A stretch of 64,000 nucleotides of DNA from a virus: IMG/VR virus record IMGVR_UViG_3300001102_000006; one strand, 5' to 3'. Below are positions 19,218 to 28,223 of this stretch, one piece after another. The position numbers and the translations under genes were made by a program. Under the pieces are notes generated by a model. It had not been told where the DNA came from and did not search any database. It saw only the letters and a list, made by a program, of their open reading frames with translations. Positions within the stretch are counted from its first letter, which is position 1, and every line of letters starts with the position of its first letter.

Positions 19218-19840
19218 TGTTCATTGAAGAACGGTTTCCTGCATATATCTCAGATGGCGCGACGGTACAACTCTTTCGCGCCATTACGAGCGTCCCGCTT
19301 CGCTCGGGCTTTGAACGTCAAAAGAATGTGTGGGCACAGTCCCTAAGACGTTACAATGTGTCCAGTGGAATTCAGACGTTCGATGATCTGATTGTGACAA
19401 ATAATTTCTGGTATCGCACATATGGACCCCGCATCGGGTTCCGGTGGCACGACCCATCCGACTACAATTCCACTGACACTCAGCGCGAAAAAGTAAACGC
19501 CAACGACCAAATTCTGGGCATTGGCGATGGAACTGAAACAGATTTTCAGTTGCGCAAAGGTTATATGAGCGGCACGGATACTTACTACCGTGACATCACA
19601 AAGCCAGTCGCGGGGACTGTCTTGGCGGCGGTAAACGCCACACCCACAACAGCTTTTTCCATTGACACAACCACAGGAATTGTGGTATTTGATACACCCC
19701 CACCGAATGGGGCACTTGTTACGGCTGGGTACCAATATGATGTACCTGTTCGTTTCGAAAAAGAAACCCTTGAAATGAATGTTTCGCACTTTGATGGCGG
19801 CGACATTCCTGACATCGAAGTCGTAGAGATCATCGTCTGA
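19217..19840 (+). CDS. Distal tail protein 1 (DUF2460, GTA g12-like)
   Basis: F.EERFP, SG.E.....W, GFRW.D..DY, G.GDG....FQL.K.Y, R.ITKPVAGTV, AGY.YDVPVRF. Confidence 0.88.
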   Translation: MFIEERFPAYISDGATVQLFRAITSVPLRSGFERQKNVWAQSLRRYNVSSGIQTFDDLIVTNNFWYRTYGPRIGFRWHDPSDYNSTDTQREKVNANDQILGIGDGTETDFQLRKGYMSGTDTYYRDITKPVAGTVLAAVNATPTTAFSIDTTTGIVVFDTPPPNGALVTAGYQYDVPVRFEKETLEMNVSHFDGGDIPDIEVVEIIV

Positions 19841-20553
19841 TGTTTCGTGAAATCCTTTTTCCTGTTTGCATCTCTTATGATGCCGTAGGGGGTCCTTACT
19901 GGCCCACCGATGTTGTGCGCCTCAAAAGTGGTGTAGAGCACCGCAATCAACCGTGGAGTCACCCCATCCGAAAGTATTCGGTTGATCTTTCTGATCACGA
20001 CCGTACAGATATTTTGGAGTTCATTGACTTCTGGGAAAACCAACAAGGTACTGAGTTCGGTTTTCGGTGGAAAGACTGGATCGACTTTACTTCCGGAACT
20101 GCCTACGACAATATAACTGGCTCAGACGAACAGCTTGCCGATGGTGATGGTTCTTCTACGGGCTTTCAGTTGATCAAAACCTATCCCGGCGGTTCGGTCA
20201 GAAAAATCCTAAAGCCAGTAAAAGGTACGATTGTCGTTACAGTGAATGGCGGCGCACCTTCGGGCGATGTCGTCTGCGACACGACAAATGGAATTGTGTT
20301 CTTTGAGAATGCCCCCGCCAATGGGGCGACAGTTCGCGCTGGATTTGAATATGATGTTCCGGTGCGTTTTTCGGAATCTTCGGTTGGGTTTAACCTTGAA
20401 GATTTCCAACAAGGCAATGTTTCAAATCTGGATATCGAAGAAATGCGTATCGACCCAGATTTTACAAGCCTTGCAACCCAAGGGCTTATCGCTGATTACT
20501 TCGCGGGAAGTATTCCGTCTTCCTCGCTGCCCTCTACAATTTCGGTGGTCTGA
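19840..20553 (+). CDS. Distal tail protein 2 (DUF2460 paralogue)
   Basis: Same motif series: SGVEHRNQPW, GFRWKDW.DF, GDG....FQL.K.Y, KPV.GT, AGFEYDVPVRF. Confidence 0.88.
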   Translation: MFREILFPVCISYDAVGGPYWPTDVVRLKSGVEHRNQPWSHPIRKYSVDLSDHDRTDILEFIDFWENQQGTEFGFRWKDWIDFTSGTAYDNITGSDEQLADGDGSSTGFQLIKTYPGGSVRKILKPVKGTIVVTVNGGAPSGDVVCDTTNGIVFFENAPANGATVRAGFEYDVPVRFSESSVGFNLEDFQQGNVSNLDIEEMRIDPDFTSLATQGLIADYFAGSIPSSSLPSTISVV

Positions 20554-21386
20554 TGTCTGAAACAACTCTTTGCTTCCTGTGGCGTGTCGAACGTCAAGAC
20601 GGCTTTGTGATCCGGGCTACGGACCACAATGAACCTGTTACCTTCCAAGCGGAAACCTACTTGCCTACGATTGGCATCAATACGACGAAAGTCGTTCAAA
20701 AGCTCGGACTGGGTGTGGACAACCTCGAAGTTTCTGGCGCGCTGGACGGAGAACTCATCACGGAACCTGACATTGACGCAGGCTTCTATGACGGCGCTAC
20801 TGTCGATATCTACATCGTCAATTGGCAAGCTCCCGACACAGACCCGCAGCATAAAGTCCACGGCACATTCGGAAACGTGTTCCGAACAGAGCTTGGATAC
20901 ACCACAGAAATTCGCTCACAAGCATACATTCTTTCGCAAGAGACGGGGCGCACTTTTCAGCGCACATGCGATACAAAGCTGGGCAGCCTTGCTTGCGGAA
21001 TCAACTTGAACCAAGCTGCCTATCGTCTGCAAACCGCATCCGTTTTGACAAGCGATCAAGGCTTGCTCACAATTTCAGGTGCAGATGGTTTTGACAATGA
21101 GTGGTTTTCTCTCGGTCTGCTCGAAACAGTTGAGGGATACAAGTACGGTATTCGGAAACACACCGGCACCGAGATCGATCTATGGGCACCGCCTTCGGTT
21201 GAGATTGAAGTGGGGGACACCGTAACCCTCTTTGCCGGATGCAAGCAAGACGCTGAGACGTGCCGGGTTAAGTTTGATAACATCATAAATTTTCAAGGTT
21301 TTCCGTTTATGCCGGGTAACGATGCCTTGTCAAACTATCCTGTTTCAGGCACGGACAACTATGATGGACGGAGCTTGTTCCAGTGA
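20553..21386 (+). CDS. Baseplate hub protein (DUF2163/BR0599, GTA g13-like)
   Basis: W...R.DG....TDH, GL.VDNLEV.GAL, C...LG...C, GC.....TC..KF.N..NF.GFP.MPG. Confidence 0.9.
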   Translation: MSETTLCFLWRVERQDGFVIRATDHNEPVTFQAETYLPTIGINTTKVVQKLGLGVDNLEVSGALDGELITEPDIDAGFYDGATVDIYIVNWQAPDTDPQHKVHGTFGNVFRTELGYTTEIRSQAYILSQETGRTFQRTCDTKLGSLACGINLNQAAYRLQTASVLTSDQGLLTISGADGFDNEWFSLGLLETVEGYKYGIRKHTGTEIDLWAPPSVEIEVGDTVTLFAGCKQDAETCRVKFDNIINFQGFPFMPGNDALSNYPVSGTDNYDGRSLFQ

Positions 21387-21838
21387 TCACACGCGATGAA
21401 ATCGTCACGTCCGCACGGTCGTGGATTGGTACACCATACAAACACCAGTTCTCTGTCAATCAGGCGGGCTGTGATTGCTTGGGACTGATCCGTGGCGTTT
21501 ACCGTGAGAACATTGGAGAAGAACCTGAGAAAGCTCCGGCGTACTCTCCTTCTTGGGGCGAGGCGGGACGCAAAGAATTGATGCTGGAAGTCGCACACAA
21601 GCACCTCGTGAAAAGCGAAAGTGATGTACTTCTTCCGGGACAAGTTCTTTTCTTTCGCATGCGTGAAGGAATGATGGTCAAGCACTGTGGCATTGTTGGC
21701 AAGGCACCCACTGACGCGGACAATCCCGGTACGATGATCCACGCATACAACACAGTCGGCGGTGTGGTCGAGCATGGAATTGTGCCCTTTTGGACGCGCA
21801 AGCTGGTAGAGGTCTTTGACTATCCGGGTGTCGTGTAA
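21383..21838 (+). CDS. NlpC/P60 cell-wall peptidase (GTA g14-like)
   Basis: ARSWIGTPY.HQ, GCDCLGLIRGV, KHCGI, MIHAY. Confidence 0.92.
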   Translation: MITRDEIVTSARSWIGTPYKHQFSVNQAGCDCLGLIRGVYRENIGEEPEKAPAYSPSWGEAGRKELMLEVAHKHLVKSESDVLLPGQVLFFRMREGMMVKHCGIVGKAPTDADNPGTMIHAYNTVGGVVEHGIVPFWTRKLVEVFDYPGVV

Positions 21839-22455
21839 TGGCAACAGTTCTTGTAGGCATTGGTCTTAGCGCTACCGCTGCGTCGGTCGTAACCTCGGTT
21901 GCGATCTCTGTGGGCTTGGGCCTTGTCTATCAGGCGCTTGCTCCACCAGTCACCATCGAACAAGAAGGTGCGCAGCTTGAATCGGCGCGCATCTCGTCAT
22001 CGACCGAAGGTACTGCAATGTCCCGCATACGCGGGCACATGCGTCTGGGCGGTCAGTTGGTTTGGGCAACCCGGTTCCAAGAAACAATCATTACGTCTAC
22101 CACGTCATCCGGCGGTAAAGGCGGGGGACCGAAAACCAGTACAACAACCACTGAATATTTGTACAGCAGTTCCTTTGCGTTTGCGCTTTGTCAAGGCAGC
22201 GAAAATCTACAACTTCTCAAAGTTTGGGCGGATGGTAAGCGGTTGGACCTTGGTGATTTCACGTATCGTTTTTATCCGGGGTCAAACACACAGGCAATTG
22301 ATTCTTTGATCGATACTATCGAGGGAACAGGAACGGTCCCAGCTTTTCGGGGTGCTGCGTATATCATTTTCGAAGAAATGCCCCTTAAAGATTACGGAAA
22401 CCGAATTCCACAAATCACATGTGAACTTTACAATCCGGTGCTTACAGCACCTTAA
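21838..22455 (+). CDS. Stand-alone N-terminal module of megatron / host-specificity protein
   Basis: 205 aa collinear with residues ~1-203 of the next gene (SSSTEG, R.GGQ..WATRF, WADGK, VPAFRG, YGNRIPQI); own TAA stop. Confidence 0.85.
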   Translation: MATVLVGIGLSATAASVVTSVAISVGLGLVYQALAPPVTIEQEGAQLESARISSSTEGTAMSRIRGHMRLGGQLVWATRFQETIITSTTSSGGKGGGPKTSTTTTEYLYSSSFAFALCQGSENLQLLKVWADGKRLDLGDFTYRFYPGSNTQAIDSLIDTIEGTGTVPAFRGAAYIIFEEMPLKDYGNRIPQITCELYNPVLTAP

Positions 22456-22464
22456 AGGCAAATA

Positions 22465-25400
22465 ATGGCGTCAATTCTAGTAGGTGCAGGGCTTAGTGCA
22501 GCAGCCGCGTCAGCGGTCACTTCGGTGGCTGTTTCCGTTGGTCTTGGCTTGCTGTATCAGGCGCTGTCGCCGCCGGTAAATATTGAACAGGAAGGCAGCC
22601 GCCTAGAATCCACTCGAATTTCTTCTTCGACGGAAGGTGCAGTGATGCCGCGTACGCGCGGCTGGATGCGTATGGGCGGTCAGATGATCTGGGCTACGCG
22701 GTTCCGTGAGGAATTTGTGACCTACACAACTACTGTTGGTGGTGGTAAAGGCGGCGGCGGCAAGAAACAGACCATCACTGTTTCTGAATATTTGTATTAC
22801 TGCTCCTTCGCTGTGGCGTTCTGTGAAGGTTCGGAATGTACGCGCTTTGCACAATTGTGGGCAGATGGAAAGCCTCTCGATCTGTCCGAAGTCACGCACC
22901 GGTTTTATCCCGGAACAGCCACGCAGGGCATTGACCCTCTTATCGACTCTATCGAAGGTCCCGGAACTGTGCCCGCTTTTCGCGGCGTGACATACATTGT
23001 TTTCGAAGACATGTTGTTGAAGGATTACGGCAACCGCATTCCACAAATCAACGGTGAGATTGTTCGACCAATTCTCGAAACGACTTACGGCGTAGATCGG
23101 ATGGAAGACGCGCTGAAAGCTATTCAGCTAATCCCGGCTTCTGGTGAGAAGATTTACGGGACACGCATCTACACACAAGATGATGATGGTAGCGGCGAAT
23201 CCAAGAGCATCAATCAGCACGCTTCATCCGAAAAAGCGGACTTAGTAGTCTCTCTCGATACGCTCGATAACGATTGTATTGGCATTGATTCGATGTCTTT
23301 GGTTGTTTCTTGGTTTGGCAGTTCAACGGATGCGGGGCGTTGCCGCATTGAACCAAAGTCCGAGCGCAAAACCGGTAGCGTCAGCCCAGAAGAATGGAGC
23401 ATTGCAAACCAGACACGCACTAATTTGGAAGTTGTGTCTTACATTGATGGCCCACAAACGAATTGGACGATTACCGGCCCACTGACAACATTAGACTTCC
23501 GCATCTATAGTGAGTCGTCTATAGAACTTACGTCGCCATTTCCCCCCTTTGACACGTTCATTCAAACGAGTGAAACGTCTTCGGCGTCCTTCTCGGCACC
23601 GGGAGATTTTACGGATGGCGAAACGCTCGCGGCGGCGATTAACAGAGCATTTGAAGATGAAGAAACAAAATGTAACGCACGTTGGTACCCAGATTTCGAC
23701 ACACTGGAATTGAATGATTATAGCGAGCTTGGTAATCTGAAAATCGAGTTCAATAATTCTGATCCAAATGCAACCGTGTACAATTTTGATTTCAACGATC
23801 CTCCGGGGTCGCCTGTTTACGGTGGAACACCTTCGGACATTAGTGTTCGGGAAGCCATGCAAAATATCAAAGGACGCGGCTGGCGCGCATTGTTCTATCC
23901 GTTTATTCTGATGGACATGGCACGCTTCCCGTGGCGCGGTCGTATTGAGGCGGACACTGTTGCGGACACAAATACGTTTCTAGGAACAGTTACTCCGGCG
24001 CATTTTTCTCTTGTGTCGGGCAAGGTCAACTATACTGGACCAGCGGATGAATGGTCACAGCGGCGAATGATTCTGCATTACGCGACACTGTTGTCTGATA
24101 TCATGCAGCCCGGTGACGCGTTTGTTGTTGGAACCGAGATGCGGGGCATGTCGGAATCAAACAACGCGTGGGCCAATGGTCTTGTCACACTTCTCGCAGA
24201 TGTGCGTACAATTCTCGGACCCGGTGTTCTTGTGAGCTATGCTGCGGACTGGTCAGAATACCAACAGCCGAGCTTGAGCGTTCTTTGGGATGTCGCAGAC
24301 TTTGTGGGGATCGATAACTATCTGCCGCTGACAGACTGGCGCGACGGTGATGAAGTTTACACCATCGAAGAATTTCAAGCCGGTGTTGAGGGCGGGGAAT
24401 ACTACGACTATTTCTACGCGTCCGATGCAGATCGACAAGCGAATATTCGTTCGCCAATCACGCAGCCGCAGTTTCGGCAAAAAGACATCCGTTATTGGCA
24501 ATCGGTGAATCATCCGACCAAGCCCGTTTGGTTTACAGAATTTGGCGCACCCGCCGTTGATAAAGGTGCGAACCAGCCAAACGTTTTTGTTGACGCTAAG
24601 TCGGTTGAATCGTTCTTGCCATATTTTTCAAACGGACAGCGGAATGACCTTGTACAGAAATTGTACTATGAGGCGACGTTGGACTACTGGAAGAATGTAG
24701 CTCCATCTCCATACATTGATCCAGCAAATATGTTTGCGTGGACTTGGGACGCGCGCCCTTATCCCGCCTTCCCGGCGCTGGTGGATGTGTGGTCAGACGG
24801 GCCGAACTGGGAAGTAGGGCACTGGCTCAACGGTCGCTTGGATCAGGTGATTCTACCGGATCTTGTTCAAGAGCTTTGTCTTGAGGCAGGTATTCCAGAA
24901 GAAAACATCGACATTACAGGTCTTCTGAACGCCATTGTAATTGTGCGTGGCATGTATGTATCTAGTCTATCAAACACACGACAAATCCTTGAAAACCTCA
25001 TGGAAACTTTCATGTTTGATGCGGTTGAGGATGGAGATAAACTACGATTTATCACACGTGGCGACCACAACGTTGTGACTATTTCCACGGATGACTTCAT
25101 CCTGACAAACGACGCGGAGACTTTTGAGAAGACTCGTATCTCTGATCCTGAACTTCCCGACCGAACAAAGATTTCGTTTTTGGATGAATCACGCGCGTAC
25201 GCGGTTGGTTCGGTAGACGGACACACCCGTACCGGGCTTTCGCGCAAGGTCAATCAATTCACCACCATTTGTGTCATTGATCAAAGCTACGCTAAGGGCG
25301 TTGCAGATGTGATGACGCAACAGGCGTGGATTGCGCGGGACTCCGTTAAATTCTCCTTGCCGGTGTCATACATTCATTTGAAGCCCGGTGACTTGTTCAC

Positions 25401-26520
25401 GGCGTCTCTGCCCAATAGCCGCCTGATGGTCTTCAAACTGATTGAAGTAAACTTTGGAGATCAGTTAGATGTAGAAGCGGTTGCGGTGGACCCGTCTATC
25501 TATGAACTGGTCACACACTCATACTTCACTCCAAATTATGAATCTCCCGAAGTGTTCGGGCCGACGCTCGCCGTTTTCCCAGAAGTACCGTTGTTCATTA
25601 ACGATGCACCACAAAATAATTGGTCGCCGCGTATTGTCGCTTATCAATCACCATGGCCGCGAAATGTTGATGTTTATGAAGATGACCTTCTAGGTGAGGG
25701 CAGCTTTGATCTGAATACGACGATTGCCAATACGTCGATCATTGGAGAACTTACAGCAGGTCTTGCACCACCAAATCGCGTGGAAGTCTGGGACAACGCC
25801 AACGAAGTTCGTCTTCGAATTTATGACGCGGCGCAAACCTTGTCTCCGGCAAATGATCTCGCTGTTCTAAATGGCGCAAATCCGCTCGCAGTATTGACTC
25901 CGAGCGGCGAATGGGAGATACTACAGTACGTCAATGCGTCAATGACGGGCGCAGATACATATACGCTTTCGCGTCTTCTTCGCGGGCAGCTTGGAACAGA
26001 GAAGTACATTGGTGATCCCACACCCGCAGGTTCCAGAATTTTTGTGGCGGATCAACGTACTTACGGATATCTCGAAGGAACAAATGCACGTTTGAATATC
26101 CCCCGCGACTATCGGTATGGACCGCGCGGAGTTAATCTGAACGATGAACGCTTCCAACAGATTGAGATCACGCCCCGTGGCGTAGCATTGCGCCCTTATG
26201 CTCCGGTCCACTTGAAGCAGTTCCGTGACCCGATCAGCGGCGACATTGAGCTTACGTGGCTCCGGCGCACACGATTTAGCGGGGACAATTGGCAGTTCAC
26301 CGATGTTCCTCTAAACGAAGATCAAGAAGAATACGAAATTGATATTCGTGATGGAATTACTGTTCTTCGTACCATTCTTGTGGGAAGCAACAACACTTAC
26401 ACATACAGTCTATCCGACCAGATTTCAGATTTCGGTGCAGGTCAAATGAACATCGACTGGACTGTATATCAAATGAGCGCTCTTTACGGGCGCGGCTCTC
26501 CGGGAGTTAGCTTAATCTAA
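22465..26520 (+). CDS. Megatron / host-specificity tail-tip protein with GTA TIM-barrel domain (g15-like)
   Basis: YGGTPSD, FYPFILMD, RRMILHYA, SYAADWSEY, GIDNYLPLTDWRDG, WFTEFG.PAVDKGANQPNVF, WTWDARPYP, GHWLNGR; C-terminal LSRLLRGQLGTE. Confidence 0.92.
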   Translation: MASILVGAGLSAAAASAVTSVAVSVGLGLLYQALSPPVNIEQEGSRLESTRISSSTEGAVMPRTRGWMRMGGQMIWATRFREEFVTYTTTVGGGKGGGGKKQTITVSEYLYYCSFAVAFCEGSECTRFAQLWADGKPLDLSEVTHRFYPGTATQGIDPLIDSIEGPGTVPAFRGVTYIVFEDMLLKDYGNRIPQINGEIVRPILETTYGVDRMEDALKAIQLIPASGEKIYGTRIYTQDDDGSGESKSINQHASSEKADLVVSLDTLDNDCIGIDSMSLVVSWFGSSTDAGRCRIEPKSERKTGSVSPEEWSIANQTRTNLEVVSYIDGPQTNWTITGPLTTLDFRIYSESSIELTSPFPPFDTFIQTSETSSASFSAPGDFTDGETLAAAINRAFEDEETKCNARWYPDFDTLELNDYSELGNLKIEFNNSDPNATVYNFDFNDPPGSPVYGGTPSDISVREAMQNIKGRGWRALFYPFILMDMARFPWRGRIEADTVADTNTFLGTVTPAHFSLVSGKVNYTGPADEWSQRRMILHYATLLSDIMQPGDAFVVGTEMRGMSESNNAWANGLVTLLADVRTILGPGVLVSYAADWSEYQQPSLSVLWDVADFVGIDNYLPLTDWRDGDEVYTIEEFQAGVEGGEYYDYFYASDADRQANIRSPITQPQFRQKDIRYWQSVNHPTKPVWFTEFGAPAVDKGANQPNVFVDAKSVESFLPYFSNGQRNDLVQKLYYEATLDYWKNVAPSPYIDPANMFAWTWDARPYPAFPALVDVWSDGPNWEVGHWLNGRLDQVILPDLVQELCLEAGIPEENIDITGLLNAIVIVRGMYVSSLSNTRQILENLMETFMFDAVEDGDKLRFITRGDHNVVTISTDDFILTNDAETFEKTRISDPELPDRTKISFLDESRAYAVGSVDGHTRTGLSRKVNQFTTICVIDQSYAKGVADVMTQQAWIARDSVKFSLPVSYIHLKPGDLFTASLPNSRLMVFKLIEVNFGDQLDVEAVAVDPSIYELVTHSYFTPNYESPEVFGPTLAVFPEVPLFINDAPQNNWSPRIVAYQSPWPRNVDVYEDDLLGEGSFDLNTTIANTSIIGELTAGLAPPNRVEVWDNANEVRLRIYDAAQTLSPANDLAVLNGANPLAVLTPSGEWEILQYVNASMTGADTYTLSRLLRGQLGTEKYIGDPTPAGSRIFVADQRTYGYLEGTNARLNIPRDYRYGPRGVNLNDERFQQIEITPRGVALRPYAPVHLKQFRDPISGDIELTWLRRTRFSGDNWQFTDVPLNEDQEEYEIDIRDGITVLRTILVGSNNTYTYSLSDQISDFGAGQMNIDWTVYQMSALYGRGSPGVSLI

Positions 26521-28223
26521 TGCCAGCAAATCTTGCACTACATGATCTCGTATATGACCTTTGCCTTGAAGGAGGACTTCCTTCGGCAAATATCGACGTG
26601 TCTGATCTCGAAAACTTTACTACCGAAATTCCGGGTATACACATTTCAAGTGTTGTAAATGCGCGTCAAGTTCTAGAAAACCTGATGGAAACATATTTGT
26701 TTGACGCCATCGAAGACGGCAGTTTTGTGCGCTTCATTCGGCGCGGAAATCACAACGTTGAGACAATTCCGCCAGATGATTTTCTTCTGGACGACAATGC
26801 GCAGACGTACGAAAAAACGCGTGTTCAGGATGTAGAGCTACCTGACCGAACAAAAGTTTCTTTTTCCGATCCAACGCGGGACTACAATGTTGGTTCGGTT
26901 GATGGGCATACAGTTACAGGTCTGTCATCCACGGTGAAGCGTTTCACCACAATTTGTGTGATGAATCAAGGATACGCAAAGGGTCTTGCTGACGCGATGA
27001 CCCACCAAGCTTGGATTGGGCGGGACTCTGTTAAAATGTCCCTTCCAATCACGTATCGACACTTGAAGCCCGGTGATACGTTTGCTTTCGCTGTGGAAGG
27101 CTCGCCACAGAAGTCTTACAAAGTAGCCGAGATTACAATCGGAGCACAGGTAGATATTGACGCGGTTGCGGTATCTCTGCGCATTGATGAGATTGTCGAG
27201 CACGTAGATGATCCCGGATACGATGTTACACCTGTTGTTTTTGGATCGAGCCGAATTGTGTTTGCGGACATTCCCTTGCTAAACAACGATCTGCCTGAAA
27301 GTAATTGGTCGCCACGCGTTGTAGCGCAGCAAAATCCTTGGCCCGGTGGTGTGTCCGTGTACCAAGATGATTTTCTGGGTGGCTACAATCTGAATACTGT
27401 TGTCCCCGTGCCTTCAATCATCGGTGAACTGACCGCGCCTCTGCAAAGTGGCGTCACTGGTATTTGGGACGAAGCGAACACCGTCCAACTGCAATTGTTT
27501 GATGCCGCCCAGTCACTTTCTCCGGCAAATGATCTCGCTGTTCTTAACGGTGCCAATCCGCTGGCGGTATTGACTCCGAGTGGCGAATGGGAGATACTAC
27601 AATTCGTGAACGTGGATATTACGGGCGCGGACACCTACACGCTTTCTCGTCTTTTGCGCGGACAACTTGGTACTGAGTTTTATATGGGTGAGCCGACACC
27701 GGCTGGCTCCATTGTTTTCTTGGCCAACCCGTTGGCCTATAGCGTGCTTGAGGGCAGCAATGATCAGATTGGTATAGAACGCACATACCGTTACGGTCCT
27801 TCTAACAAAGATTTTACGGATACCACGTATGATGACATCAATGTAACGGCGCGTGGTGTCGCGATGCGTCCATACTCTCCCGTACATCTCAATCAAGCCA
27901 AGCAGTCTAATGGAGATATCGATCTCTCTTGGATTCGCAGAACACGCTTCGACGGGGACGCATGGGTGAACGGCACTATTCCGTTGAACGAAGAATTCGA
28001 GCGATACGAAATCGACATCTTGGACGGCCCGTTTGGTTCGGGAGCAGTTGTGAGAACTATGACAGTTAATGTTACGGTGTTCACAACAGATTCTCCCGGC
28101 ATAACGTACACAGAGGCCCAGCAGATTACAGATTTTGGATCGGCACAAACATCGGTGAACTGGGTTGTATACCAGATTAGTGCTCTTGTCGGGCGCGGGA
28201 CACCGGGAGTAGGTACCCCTTAA
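26520..28223 (+). CDS. Stand-alone C-terminal module of megatron (paralogue)
   Basis: 567 aa collinear with residues ~795-1351 of the preceding gene (DLV..LCLE.G, ELPDRTK, GSVDGHT, LSPANDLAVLNGANPLAVLTPSGEWEILQ). Confidence 0.88.
   Translation: MPANLALHDLVYDLCLEGGLPSANIDVSDLENFTTEIPGIHISSVVNARQVLENLMETYLFDAIEDGSFVRFIRRGNHNVETIPPDDFLLDDNAQTYEKTRVQDVELPDRTKVSFSDPTRDYNVGSVDGHTVTGLSSTVKRFTTICVMNQGYAKGLADAMTHQAWIGRDSVKMSLPITYRHLKPGDTFAFAVEGSPQKSYKVAEITIGAQVDIDAVAVSLRIDEIVEHVDDPGYDVTPVVFGSSRIVFADIPLLNNDLPESNWSPRVVAQQNPWPGGVSVYQDDFLGGYNLNTVVPVPSIIGELTAPLQSGVTGIWDEANTVQLQLFDAAQSLSPANDLAVLNGANPLAVLTPSGEWEILQFVNVDITGADTYTLSRLLRGQLGTEFYMGEPTPAGSIVFLANPLAYSVLEGSNDQIGIERTYRYGPSNKDFTDTTYDDINVTARGVAMRPYSPVHLNQAKQSNGDIDLSWIRRTRFDGDAWVNGTIPLNEEFERYEIDILDGPFGSGAVVRTMTVNVTVFTTDSPGITYTEAQQITDFGSAQTSVNWVVYQISALVGRGTPGVGTP

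Noticed and set aside
21838-22455. Pseudogene or frameshifted start of the megatron
   Set aside because: It duplicates rather than continues the next gene, which has its own full N-terminus; the ORF is clean.
25841-27677. DGR template/variable repeat or invertible tail cassette
   Set aside because: No reverse transcriptase, differences are not adenine-specific, repeats are direct and no invertase is adjacent.
19217-28223. Chromosomal gene transfer agent cluster
   Set aside because: Linked to full replication, lysis and non-GTA head genes and a very long TMP, so it is a phage.
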